From Raillietiella orientalis (taxonomy: Eukaryota): 64,000 nucleotides of DNA. A program made the translations under genes and the position numbers. Location: NCBI GenBank assembly GCA_036172245.1, contig JAYWIR010000041.1, positions 1,426,001-1,490,000 on the forward strand, given 5' to 3'. The notes below the pieces were generated by a model that saw only the letters and a list, made by a program, of their open reading frames with translations, was not told the origin of the DNA and did not search any database. Shown here in pieces: positions 14,001 to 25,940 of this stretch (positions are counted from its first letter, which is position 1; every line of letters starts with the position of its first letter).

Positions 14001-17000
14001 TCGATAAGCTCATCGCGGTCCGGCAGTTTCTGCTGACCTTCATCAGTACTTTGGAATCCCAGTCCTCCTTCAGCGTGAAAGACAAGTGAGTTTGGGAAGG
14101 AGCAGAAAAAAAAAAAAAAAAAAAAAAAAAACCTTCTCCGTCTTTCCTTCGTTAGTGGAACCTATCATTTGGTCTGCACTTACGCGAAACTTCTGAACTG
14201 CAGTCGTGATTTCAGGGGGAAGCTTGAGGGGTTGGGAAATGACCTACAGCACTGTTTTATTTCTGTGCAGAGTAAATGTGGCATCGCTGCTGATGATCAT
14301 TTTGTTGAATAAGCTCGAATACGCAACTGGCATCATGAGGTGTCTAATCAAAAAGCTCGTCGACAAAGCCGTGAATTCCAAACATCCACAGCACTTACTT
14401 CGCAGGACGGAGTCCGTCGTAGAGAAAATGTTGACCAATTGGATAGCGTTGTGCATGTACGATTATTTGAACGAGAGAGCAGGCACAGCTTTGTTCTTGT
14501 TATTTAAAGCTATCAAAGTACAGATAGAAAAGGGCCCTGTTGATTGCTTTACTCACGATGCCAGGTATTCACTGTCAGAAGAAAGGCTCTTGAAGGAACA
14601 AGTACCTTATAGCTACGTGGTAAGTAAGAATTGGAAATTGCAACTCCCCACCGGAAACCTTAGTGGCTCCTTCCTTCCTCGATGTTTCTAACGATAACGC
14701 GGCCGATTCCCGAAAACGGGAAACTCGACGCTTCGTCGTTCTCTTTTCGTCTTCGGGTTCCGCGTAGACAACGACGACAACAACAACAACAAAAAAAAAA
14801 AAGTCAGCCGAGCTGTTCTACTTGCATGTCGAATAAGTTTCCTCCGTGAATTAAATTCCACCCCCTCTTTTTTTTTTCTTTCCCCCCCCCCCCCCTCTTT
14901 TATCGAAGAGCGCTGTCGCCGAGGCATTTCGGTTTCTCATCGGAGAATATATTTTGTTGCTTAAGTAAATTCGTACCTTCAGCTCATGATTTTCAGCTTC
15001 ATCGTTCCCAAATGCCTACCTCCGACCGTTGTGGGGGGGGAAGTAGTAGGGAAGGGAAGTCGGAAAGCGTTGAGAACGTGCTTTTTCATACAAAGCTTAA
15101 ATTGATTTTCAGATAGTCCCCGTTATCGTGTTCAGCAAAAAGATGCGTAAATCGGATCCAGCAAAGCGAAAACACACATCTTCGCGAAGGGGGGAAACCC
15201 GGATCGCGCTGCGTGCAGTGATGGTGCGAACACGTTTGCAAACACTCAGAGGTTCTCTCAGAACACTTCTCGAACGACAGCAGCGTGCCCGGGAGTAACA
15301 AGTCATTAGTCGACCATTGAAATCGTTAAAAAGGGGGAAAAAAAATAAATATATACGAAGCTTGGTGAATGTTACCTGGCTGCATGGTCCAGTCAAGATG
15401 CGGCAAGAATTTGATTATTCTCGTGGCATCAGCAGATCTCAGATCGGTACGACCGATTGATTCTCGTTGTGCCTCAGAAAATTTTGCACCGCTCACCATG
15501 CTCCAGCAGAAGAGGTTGCTAAGCTGACAGCATCCCTCGTTTACTGTCATCACAAGCGAACAATTGCAGAGCTCAGCATGCTCGGTGCATGCATTGAAGA
15601 TCAGGGTGTTGGTTTTCTTTCGTGTGCATCTCATTTTGGAGAGCTCAGGATTAACATGCGGAAGAAATTTCTCTTAGTCCCTCCACGCTCATCTCATCGC
15701 AAGCTTCCCAGTCCAAAAGAACTTCGGTAAATTCGGCAGGCACGCGACGTTTCTTTCATATTACTGATGTTCGAAGCGGATGATTTTATCGTTTGCTTCC
15801 CATACGGGAGGCTGAGTTGCCCCCATTCCACCTCAGAACTTCTGGCTGATGCCTGACGGAAATTCATCTTCGGCAGAAGATGGATTGATTCTTAGGCTGG
15901 AGCACATCGGATCGGTGGAAGGAGTACAGACTCATGGAAACGGATCAGTACTCAGAAGGAGAACTATAGAATGTGGTCATCGGTGTTGGCAGCAGCTGGC
16001 TGGTGCGTAGCACCTGACTAAAAACCGTGCCAATGGCAAGAGTCATATTTTCTGCTGTTCGAGTGACCCCGTGGAATTCGTTTTTCATACTGTGCACGAA
16101 CTGCGACTTGGGGAAGCACTGACTGTGATTCTGCTTTGCTCTCTTCTGCTTGTGAATTTCTCTCTGGAAGCACTAATCGGAACAGCCCACATTTTAAACG
16201 TCCACTGCGAATTCCCTGCGTGGTGCATTGCTAAAGGAGGTCGCGTTGAGAACCGGAGGATTCGTCAAGACAAGCAGCAACAGCAGCAAAATAGAAATCA
16301 AATTTCACAAGTGTGTTGATCTTCGATATTATTCATGATTCAAACATCTTGAAATTTGTGTCACATGTATCAAAGCTCTTCAGCAAACATCCCTCTGATT
16401 CCAACTTTGATGATGAGGCATAAAAATGGTACAGAAGGCTGCATAGAGTGTTCGGGGTTGCGGCGTGGAATTCTCCCTGGATCACCGCATCAGTTTGCAC
16501 AAATTTGCTTAGGTCGTCAGAGCATCCTTTGGCTTCAGAACGATATCTCTTCCCTCTCTCCCCCTATGCTTCCTTTTCCTGGAAGTTAGCAAAGACAGGC
16601 CCGGAGCGAAATTTCAGCATGTTTGTGTGCAGGTGATTTCCATTTACGAGGACCTAAGAAACAAGTGAGGACAGGGAACGAACTCTGCGTGTTCGAAACA
16701 TCTATTTATGCACCAAAGTTGGCACGCCACGTTTCAAAACACCCATCTTCGAATACGGCGCTGGGCCCGCAGATACAGCACACGACGTCTCCGGGGGCAG
16801 ATGGGCTTCCAATTTGCTTCAGCCGCTTTCGCACCACCCGTGCTGGAACGAAATGTTCTCCGCTGTCTTCGACCGCCGCAGCCTCACAAATCATGGCGAA
16901 CGTTCGTTTATTCGGCAGTTTTTGCGAGATGCACGTGAAATTTCGCGACGTGCTGTTGCTCTCGAGTCGCTTTCTCGTTTGTGATCTCCAGGTGCAATTA

Positions 17001-20000
17001 AATACCCATCATCAGCAGCAGCAGGTGCTAAGAACCGACTCGACGCTCTTGCGCAAGCTCTTGCTAAAATCACTGGGGGAGGGAAATCAATCTCGTTGCT
17101 TGCGGATGAGTCCTGCGTTTGCAAAGCGTTTTATCTAAAAATTAAATTGAGCTGCCGTGATGCAAGAGTTTTCCCTCGTGCGGGCTGCTTTCTCGAATCT
17201 TAGATAACCGAATGATGAGTTTGACTATTGTAGTGAGTAGAGTTGCTGCGATTCTGTAGATTTTTGCTCAAGAGAAGCGTTTGAACATGTGTCCTTTTTA
17301 GAATGTGTACTTGGTCACAGAAGACCCTTGTTACGAGAAAATCCCGTACAGCGACTACCAAGTAAGTGAGCCTTCTCTCCATCGCTTTTCGCGCTCTGCT
17401 TAAAGTGGCGTCCACGACCCCACGATTCTCAAATTTACGGCGATTTCTGTCAACCGTAGATGATGGAGAACGAGAGATTCCAGGTGAGAGTTCTCGACTG
17501 CGACTCCATCAGCCAAGTGAAAATGAAGATATTGGACGCCATCTACAAGAACACAGCGTTCTCTCTGAGACCTTGCGTGCGCGAAATCGACCTAGGTGGG
17601 TTGCCAGCGCACGTCGCGCCTGACCTTCCGTTTGCTTGCCAGAGTGGGAAAAGTCCAAGGCCGAAAGCCAGATTCTTTCGGACGAAGACAAGACGACGAA
17701 AACGGTCTTCAAGTGGAAGAGGATCAACACACTGGCCCATTACGGGATAAAGGATTCTGCCGTGATCTCCCTGGTACCTAGGCAAGTGCAGTCAGACTGT
17801 GATTCCCTGAGCTGTAAGTCCGCAAGGCGTAGAGGGACGCTAACGCAGGGTGCGCTTTCAGACGCTCACCCTTATTGCAGCAAGTACACCTTGAACGGAA
17901 ACGTGGAGGCGGGAAACGTGGTCTGCCAGGCGTACCACTTGGTGAAAAACCACGACAGTTTGCCTCCCTGCGAGGCGGAGTGTTCTCCCAAATCCATCCC
18001 GGAGATATTCCTGACGAGAATGTTGTCCACGAAAGGGACTGTCCAAAAGTTCGTCGACGACTTTTTCTCCACCATCCTCAGCGTCGACGAAACCTTCCCC
18101 TACGCAGTGAAGTGGTTGTTTGATTTCCTGGATGACACAGCCGCCGAGAACGCCATCAGCAACTGGGAAACCATCCACGCCTGGAAGTCAAACAGCCTCC
18201 CCTTGCGATTTTGGGTGAACATCATCAAGAACCCCGATTTTATACTGGATGTCTTCAAGACCCCGACTCTTGATTCTAGTTTGTCTGTGATCGCCCAGAC
18301 TTTCATAGATTCGTGTTCCACAAGTGACCTTCGCCTCGGGAAAAATTCTCCATCGAACAAGCTCCTCTTTGCTAAGGACATTCCTCATTATAGAGACATG
18401 GTTGCCCGCTTCTACGACGATATCCGTGAACTGCCGCAAATTACAGATCAAGAACTGAGTGCTTACATGCAGAAACTTTCTCTGGAGTTCTCAGGAAACT
18501 TCGACGTCCTGTCCGCTCTTAAAGAATTGTTTATTTATGTTTTAAAGTATCAAGATGAGGTAATTCAACTTTAAAGACTGTGTGTGTTCCCGACAAGTGT
18601 GTGTGACTTATGATTGCGATTGAAGCTGGAACGATTCTTCTGTCAGTGTACACCGATAGACCGAAACATCTTCGTGCATAGCTGCGTACCTCGTATTCGT
18701 GAAAAGTCTTTTTTTGTTTGGCCCTTTTTTCCTCTCTCGGCTGGTTGGTCCGTTGCTTGCTTTTCGAAAGGACTTTGAGGCTGTCAGGTTGACTGAGTGT
18801 TCCTTTCAAGGTGCACAGTTCATTCCGAACCGTTGAAATCGGACCATCTCAAAGATATCCTGCTGCCGTTGCCACGCTTCCCGTTGTTTGCATTTCCCTA
18901 TGATCGCTGCCCGGTTGTTCTGCGCGAAAGATAGGCTGTCCCGAAACTCTGAAGGTGTTTGTTCATCTCAACGGATGCTGCAGCGGGGAAGTCGCTAGTG
19001 GCCACTCTTTCTAGATTTCGTGTGTGAGAGCACAGCCTTGCGGATCCTTGCGCACGCCCTTCTTGGGGACTGGGGAGCCAGGTCTCCCTCACGATTTCCC
19101 GCTCCTCGCTCATAGCAAGTTCGTTTGCTTCGCGAAGTTCCCTGTTGTCCTTCGCCTTGCATGCAAGTAACTCTCTTGGTCTCTCACCTTGGGAAGCGTT
19201 CGAATTGTTCCATATCGAGTTGTTTCCTAGGGGGTTAACACTAGATGCATTAACTGTTATCCTCAATAAGGGTCACGTGCAGTGCAACAACCGTACTTCC
19301 CATCTTTGTAGGCTTTTCAGATTTCACTTTCGAAAAATTCGAAATGTTTCTCCTAATCCCTTCCATAGAAATTAGTGGAAACTGTGGCGTTTAGAAAACC
19401 CCTTCCGCCCCGTTGTTTAAAGAAAGCATAACGAAATCCATTCAATCGATCGATTCATCGTCATCCGCTGATGGCGAGAATTTTCATCTCGAATTCAGAT
19501 CCCGGCGATGCTGGGTGAACTCTCAGAACAAAACGTCTGCCATTGAGCTTGGCTTCTTCTTCCTAAAAAAAAATTCCCGCATTTTCGAACCCTTATCTTT
19601 TGAACCACACCATGAAATTTTAATGGCTGTTTACGTCAGACGCATCTAGATCTGCTGTGAATGGTGTGGTGTTTTAGCGTGTTGTTCCTCGTTGTTTGCA
19701 ATTCCGATGCGACTTTTCGACACAAGCAAGTGTATCGGATTCCAGTCATCATGGACAAAGTTTCGGAGCGAACGGTCGTGCGCGCGGCAACTTTGCCAAG
19801 TCCAAGTGGCAGATCAGCAGGAGGTGGTGGTTGGTCACTGCATTCGCTTTTCACGTGACTCGGTGGTCGGTGACAGAAATGAGGCTGACAAAACGGATCT
19901 GTTAATGGGATTCGGATCCTTCAAAAGAAGGTAAACTACGGACTCCTCCTTTCTAGCAAGAGAGTTTCCGTAGACGTGTCGATTTTGTCAGTTTGCTTCT

Positions 20001-20434
20001 GTTTCATCTGTCGCTAGGAAGGTCTTTCAGAATCCCCAGAAACCAACTGAGGTAAATCCTGATCGTCCGCTCCGACCTCGTTTACTTTCTTGCTAAAGTG
20101 ACGTGCTTGGCCTTCCTTCCAAAGCCGATGTGAAACGTCCAAAGTCAAATGCAGTCACAGGGAAATACACAGCTCGCCTTCTTTAAGAGCATTCTATCCT
20201 ACTTTATTGCCATTCCTGCCTAGCGATAGGTGTATCCTTCGTTCTAGCATTAGAAAACAATCTGTATTGCATTTGTTCCTGCTTGTTAACGCATTCCATT
20301 TAATCTCTCCGTTCCAGTTGGTGAAATGTCTTTCAACGGATGTCAGCTGCAACAGTTTGAAATTAGCAGAGAAACTGCGTGCCATAATAGACTGTACTGC
20401 GAATGCCACCATACGACTGACTCAAGCCCTATGA
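1791..20434 (+). CDS. PlexB: Plexin (PlexB-like semaphorin receptor), 5'-partial multi-exon CDS: join(1791-2048,2095-2343,2397-2813,2861-3175,3222-3642,5835-5977,13952-14085,14271-14619,17302-17361,17460-17595,17643-17813,17862-18559,20318-20434)
   Basis: All junctions are GT..AG and phase-compatible; summed length 3468 nt (1155 aa + stop). Translation shows a PSI domain (DCSLC..KYNCKWC), IPT repeats ([30 protein letters not shown]), a TM helix, the juxtamembrane [39 protein letters not shown], and GAP motifs [13 protein letters not shown] and [15 protein letters not shown]-class assignment rests on recalled similarity to insect PlexB. Confidence 0.93.
2095..2343 (+). CDS. PlexB: Plexin exon: IPT/TIG domain ([12 protein letters not shown]...KFQYQ)
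   Basis: ttcag acceptor, cag|gt donor; IPT motif. Confidence 0.92.
2397..2813 (+). CDS. PlexB: Plexin exon: IPT domains ([18 protein letters not shown]...IINKT)
   Basis: ttttag acceptor, gtacg donor; two GG-type IPT motifs. Confidence 0.92.
2861..3175 (+). CDS. PlexB: Plexin exon: IPT region ([15 protein letters not shown]...GDVLIIE)
   Basis: cccag acceptor, gag|gtcag donor; MGFIMDGV and [10 protein letters not shown] plexin motifs. Confidence 0.9.
3222..3642 (+). CDS. PlexB: Plexin exon: last IPT, transmembrane helix and juxtamembrane coiled coil
   Basis: tttcag acceptor, g|gtgag donor; hydrophobic [23 protein letters not shown] followed by RRKS. Confidence 0.95.
5835..5977 (+). CDS. PlexB: Plexin exon: [12 protein letters not shown]...[17 protein letters not shown]
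   Basis: ttttag acceptor (phase 1), atg|gtaag donor; conserved plexin motif. Confidence 0.93.
6203..6225. repeat. (TG)n microsatellite
   Basis: About 11 uninterrupted TG units. Confidence 0.9.
13098..13133. repeat. Perfect 14-bp inverted repeat with 8-nt spacer
   Basis: gcgggttcgatcct-ccctccgc-aggatcgaacccgc. Confidence 0.9.
13952..14085 (+). CDS. PlexB: Plexin exon: [45 protein letters not shown] (absent from the ORF track)
   Basis: ctgac branch-like site, tttcag acceptor, aa|gtgag donor; FLLTFIxTLExQxxFSxxD plexin motif. Confidence 0.93.
14271..14619 (+). CDS. PlexB: Plexin exon: GAP segment C1 (VNVASLLM...[13 protein letters not shown]...EQVPYSYV)
   Basis: tgcag acceptor, gtg|gtaagt donor; catalytic RR motif. 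Confidence 0.96.
17302..17361 (+). CDS. PlexB: Plexin 60-nt exon: [20 protein letters not shown] (start of Rho-binding domain)
   Basis: tttttag acceptor, caa|gtaagt donor, phase 0-0, open frame. Confidence 0.75.
17460..17595 (+). CDS. PlexB: Plexin exon: RBD ([31 protein letters not shown]...IDL)
   Basis: cgtag acceptor, g|gtggg donor; VLDCDxIxQVKxKILDA motif. Confidence 0.9.
17643..18559 (+). CDS. PlexB: Plexin exon(s): RBD end and GAP segment C2; probably two exons separated by a 48-nt in-frame intron at 17814-17861
   Basis: [53 protein letters not shown]; gag|gtaat donor at 18560. Confidence 0.95.
20318..20434 (+). CDS. PlexB: Plexin terminal exon: [38 protein letters not shown]
   Basis: Pyrimidine tract plus ttccag acceptor, phase 0; fits the plexin C-terminal LAxKL helix; TGA stop. 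Confidence 0.8.
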   Translation: MVKCLSTDVSCNSLKLAEKLRAIIDCTANATIRLTQAL

Positions 20435-20638
20435 AATCTCGTAGGCGTCACTGTGGCCCGTGGGTCCGATCGTGGTCCCGACTGCAATCTATAGTCCTGT
20501 TTGTTATTTTTGATAAGAGAACTATCGAGTGACAACTCAGTTTATCAAAGTGCTACTTCTAGCTTCATAGCACAGAAATGGGAAGCAGGTTACCAACTGT
20601 TGCAGTGCTGTGATATTTTATATACTGTGATGTTTGTG

Positions 20639-20644
20639 AATAAA
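20639..20644 (+). promoter_or_regulatory. Candidate polyadenylation signal of the plexin gene
   Basis: AATAAA about 200 nt after the stop codon, followed by a T/GT-rich tract. Confidence 0.5.
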
Positions 20645-23600
20645 ATAACTTGACAGTTTTTTCGTGTTTTGTTTTGGCTTTTTTTTTTTTCTCTTCGAGA
20701 ACGTGATATCGGGGTTCCAATGTTCCTCTTGGCTTCCACGTCTTTTCAAAAGTAAAACTTCACTTGTCGACTTTGCGCTTCTTTTCGGGATTTTTTCTGT
20801 ATTTGGAAAGCACACTCTGAATTTAGTTCCGGTTACGTTGATTACACATGCCATCTACTTATTTGATTGATATAGCTTCGTGGTCAAAAGTCGGAATGAT
20901 ATTCCCGAATAAGGACGCAGGAAGCAGAGCAGAAATATATCAGTAAACGGTAAAACACACTTCCGAAAAAGAAAAAAAAAAAAAAGAAGCATATAATGTA
21001 TACACGGAACGGATTATGATAACGTCCGAAACTGCTCAAGGATCAGTTGCATGCCGAGTTGTGATGTTTTGCTCTTCGCTAAACGAGGTCCTAGCATTCA
21101 TTGTCATCTTCATGTTTAGCATTTTCTGCACCAGATTCCGGAAGATTCCAGTAAAGTGCTTTCCAGAAAAAGGAAAGAGAAAGAATTCCTCGAGACGTCA
21201 TTGCTTTTGGCACTTGGGATTCCTCAGCTTCGTTTAAAAGATGCACACATGCTTCCCAGTGACTCGGTTGAACTTGATGCCTTTGTATCATTTGTCTCTT
21301 GAAGGAAGACTTCAGTAAGGGAGACGTACACATGAACCGGAGACATACGTTCGTGCAGTGCATTTTTATGTGTGCGGAGGAACAAATCTGCAAAGCAAAC
21401 GCCTGGCAGCAAACAGTGTAGGACCTCGGCTATTCATGTTCCCATACTGAAGTAGCTCGAGGCAGGTTGTAGGATGCTCCAATGTGAAGGAGAGAGAAAC
21501 GTTAGTGTGCAGAAAGATATAGTGTGCAAGCATACCTTTGTAACTTCCGTGAAGCAGGAATTCTTGAAAAAAAATATCCTTGGAAATAAAGAACCTTGAA
21601 GTGATGAAGTGGCAACTTTTGCAAGTTTTTAGATATGGATCCAAAAAACATGTGGCAGAGTTTTGCAGGCGTTTTTCGAGGCAAATTTCAAGCAGGGCAA
21701 AATGTTCATTCACTTTATGGTCGACTGCACTCACATGAGACATTTTTTCCTTTTTTTCGAATTCCATCATTCTTTTTCTTCGTAATCTTCACTGACCACT
21801 ATGGAAACTCCTTTAGTGGCTGTCTATAGGCCATGAGCAAAAACTGTCCACTTTTTTTTGAAACCTTCACAAACTCTCACACCCCAACACAGCTCTAACA
21901 CTTGCAAGATAATTTGTGTAAAGTAGGATGGAGTCCTGCAAGGAATCAAAATATGAAAGAAGATATTCTCATAATTCCCTGTGGGTTTTTCGCTCCAGGA
22001 ACACAGACTACCGATTGGATCGTCTTTAATGGTGATAACTTCCTCAACGATTTTTCTTTATACCACATCCATCCACGGATGGATTTTTCACACTGGTCCT
22101 TGAGTCAGCGAACGCCTTATGACAAAGTGGGGAAACCAGCAGGTCAATTTTTGAGTCCTCTCAAAATCTGCGTTGTAAGAGCGATGCGATCCTGAAGATA
22201 TCGAAAGTTCAAAAGTTGAACATCCTGGACTGCGCGAAATCCCTAGATGAACTCGAAATTTTTGGATCTTGCAAGCTGTTTTGAAACAGAAGCAGTAAAC
22301 ATCACCCATCGGGCTAGAGAGAAGGATAGGAGAACGCCGATGTTCTTGGACCTGAGAAGAGGCTGGAGTAAAAAACAAAGTCTGAAGATTTTCCTGGTAC
22401 TCATCCAGTTTCCCATTCAATTCCATTCTGTGCGTGAAGGAAAAAAAAGAAAGAAAGAAATTCTGCAGAAGAAGAAGAAATATTTTAATGTACTTTCCTT
22501 GGCTTCTCCTTCTTTGCCGTTTGTGATTTCTGCACCCCTCCGATTTTTGGGCTTCCGCGAACTCCCCAAAATATTTGGAATCCACAACAAATCCGCAGTA
22601 TCGGAGATGCGTAAGAAGTCCATCTTCATCTTGATCCCAATAAACACAGAGAACTCTTCGCCTGGGTCGAATAACGTAATCATTTCGATGAGAAGGCGGA
22701 TTCAGCTCAGTCTGAAAGATGTCGGAACGCTTTGCAGAAGACACCTCCTGCACATGCGTTGCTTTTGTGATGCTGGAAACTGATTGCAGCCACTTCTTAA
22801 AAGGACGCTGTAGTTTTCCGAGTGCAGATCTCGCACTCGATCCCTCCGAAAGATTCGAGCGAATCCAGGCCGTTCGCTTTCCATCTTTCGAGTAAGTTTA
22901 AAGGTTGCTTAAATTGGAACCAAAATTTCACCGCCTTCCATCTTTAGGAATGAGAAGTTGCTGATCCGCGAATTGCTGCTGCTTTTGTCATCTGAAAGTG
23001 TGCAAATCAACTGCAGGCTGCTTGCAGGAACGAAGCCAAGGTGGCCAGATAAAGTCAAAAGCGGAGGGAAGACATCCTCCACTGAAGAATTCCCTGCACT
23101 TTCTGCTCCTCATAATCCATTTTTTAAAGGTCATTAGCGGTGGGAAAAATTCCAAGGCAAGCTCCTTCGATGTGACTTTCAGCTGACAAATCTTCCAAGC
23201 ACCTCTGACAGGGGATTTCTTACCGGTGTTTCATTGTCCCCAAAACCGACAAATGATGTGCTCCTGATTTAGTCTCTCTCTGTGGAGAAAATTCTGACTC
23301 GCACTGGAGCCACGCTTGCATCCATCTTCAAGACAGGAAAGTCTGGCTGGAGCCCACCTTTTATGACTTTCCTTCTATCGCCTGAAAAATTCATTAGATG
23401 AACTTTCGGCGGCGTTGGGCTACAGTGGTCACGCACTTCCATAAAGGAGGTGCACGTTGGCTTGGCCCGGTTTGGCAGCCGCACTCTCTTCTGCGCATGC
23501 GGCCAAAGCTTGGATAAGACTTCTCGGACCGCATCGTAAAATCTTCGGCAGTGCATTCTTGCACGCCTCACCATTCGTCCCATCACGTTTTTTCTTCGCC

Positions 23601-24129
23601 GGGGGACTCCATTCAAGATTTGTGATCTCCATCTGGAGTCATGCAGAGTCTCTGAAGATTCTCGGAGCCATGGATTCCCGATTCAGTCCTCCATTTTTCC
23701 AGATTTCCTTTCCCACTGGCAAGAATAAACACCGAGTAGGGGAGTCAGAAATTCGGGAGATGTAATGAAAAGGTGAGGGAGATGGAGATAAGTCAGTAGA
23801 ACGGGAGAACACGGAAAGATTGCTGCTTTCTTCGCTCGCATCGAATTGGAACACCCTTCTGTTCATGATTTCTTACTTATCTTATTTATTACTTGTCTTT
23901 AATATGTAATTACTTGTAATGACGAAGCATTTCCCACGTAGGGATCATATTTCCCTAACATCTAGCTGCTCACTGGTACCACCGTCATCCTTTGATTTGT
24001 CCTGACCTCAAAGATGCATCAGTGAAATTAAAAATGTGCACGACAGCAAAATAGAATCTCATCTTAAGTCCACGCTGCTGTTTCTGAGGATGTGTCGCCT
24101 CGCTTTGAAACATTCCATGGGATTCCCAT

Positions 24130-25940
24130 ACTCCGTGAATTTTTCTTTCCCTTTTTGCATTCCGCCTCCGTTTTCAGCGGCATGCGCACCTCGCTGTGCA
24201 TAGCCGAATGATCTCTGACTTGCTTCGCAGCAAAAGAGGAACGTCTTCTTTCTTGGAGGCGATGGCATATGTTCGCGCGCACCCATGAGGAGGTGGCTCT
24301 CCTGTTCACCGAACACCAGGTAGGAATGAAAGATCGATCATACCGTCGGTGTGCCACAAGTGGACCGAAGCGCTGCCACTCATTTTAAATCACTGCCACC
24401 GACACTTTAGACTGGACACCAGGAAGCGAGGCGCCTCGAGCGACCACATGAAGATGCAGAGGAGGTGGGGAATCCTGGACCGCAATAAGGGGGCCCTGAG
24501 CCATCCACGCGACCTGACCTCGTGCTGATAAGAGGTATTACGTTCGCCGTGGTATCACGTTCGATTTTTTTCCGAAAGCACACTGGTAGCATTCCAGAAG
24601 AGACTTAAAAGAAGAGAACAACACACAAAAAAAGGGTGCATCCAAGCGCTCGTTTTTTCTCTTTCAGCCGGAGTTTCATCTGGAGCGACTGTCGTGGGTT
24701 CACTGAAATCCCGAAACCCGAAGAACAACGATAGAAAAGCCGAAATTCCCAAGAACGCAAGCAAAGGGGTCACATAGAACAAAGGAGGACGGTTCTTTGC
24801 AGCTTCCATCTCCATGTCGTGTCCATCCTCTTGTTCTGTTGTTCGTCATGGAGTCGCTACCAGAAACCTGTTGATACCCGTTCCTCGTGGGTGTCGATGT
24901 TCTGAGCGATTTCTTCATCGGAGGGGTGTCGCCATCTGAGGGCCCAGTGAACGTCACTGCGATGTTTGGCTGGAGACGCGCCATTTTGACGAAGTGCGGC
25001 AGCGGCATTTCCGGCAGTCTCACCACGTCTTCACTTTGGCGCGTTGCAACTTGGGCGGTCACTCGAGCGCCCTTCGCTGACAGGGAGGCAGCGAGGTCGG
25101 TGCAGTTGGTCTCCGTTCCTTCTGGGACCCTTCCGAACCGAATGAAGCGTTGTGAAAGAGTGAATGGTGTCCGTAAGGTGGTGGTGGTGCCGCCTGCATC
25201 CAATGCATCCAATGGACGCACCGGCTCGAAGGCTTTTCCAGGAATCTCCAGCAGGCCCACAGGCCAGAAGGTCGAGTCGCCCGGTGAAGACCACTGATCC
25301 TTAAATGCACGCAGTTTCGCTAGTGGTGCAAACACATCTGGCCAACCGAGAGGACCCCACCCTGCTCCGGTTAGGAGCAAACGGAAGGGATGCAACCGTT
25401 CTCACTCATGACAGGAAACACTCGCCGCTCGTGGACATTCGCTACAGAACAGCTCTCGGCCAACGACGACAAGAATGGGCAGGTGGAGGAAGCGGAAGAA
25501 GCTGAAAAAAAAGTTCTCTCCCAGGTGTTCTTCTATGAAATCCTGAGTGTTTGAAAGAAATGGCGGATCGATTAGAAAGAAAGCGTCTGTCTGGTCCATT
25601 CTGCTGATGAGTCGATAGAAGACCCGCGAAGTGGAATTTTCGGGAAGAGACCAAACCACCAACCTCTTGACCCACTCAAGCAGGCGTGGCACAGTGACAA
25701 AGGCCCAATGGAAGTCTATGGGTTTGAACACCAGTAGTGCATCCTTCACTTCACTTCAACAAGGAACACACTCACTCTTCCATTGCCGCTATGGGACCAG
25801 TCCTCGATCCGCAACGACAAATCTGGATGAGTCGAGCAAAAGGTGGAAATCATGGAAGAGCTCCTTCCTTCTTTATGTGCTGAACAAATGTCTTCAACAA
25901 ACATGCGTGGCTGTTTTTTAAAAATTACTTTTCTCATATA
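24130..25940 (-). mobile_element. Degraded 5' portion of a Tx1/L1-like non-LTR retrotransposon (ORF1-like region plus APE endonuclease remnants); boundaries approximate
   Basis: Minus-strand frames give RFIRFGRVPEG..LAASLSAKG..VRLPEMPLPHFVKM..IAVTFTG (ORF1 RRM-like), then LSLFWNATSV (APE start, SWN-like) and RRYDRSFIP...RDHSAM (RIDR/SDH-like), with stops and frameshifts. Confidence 0.6.

Noticed and set aside
15113..15298. Possible alternative plexin exon ([10 protein letters not shown]...) after a ttttcag acceptor
   Set aside because: No phase-compatible strong donor, the frame runs to a stop, and there is no plexin similarity; 17302-17361 fits better
20420..20434. C-terminal PDZ-binding motif as in vertebrate plexin-B
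   Set aside because: The tail TQAL has Q at position -2, so it is not a class I S/T-x-hydrophobic motif
25604..25630. ctgatga-gtc..gac hammerhead-like core
   Set aside because: GAAA does not follow stem II and no stems I/III are evident
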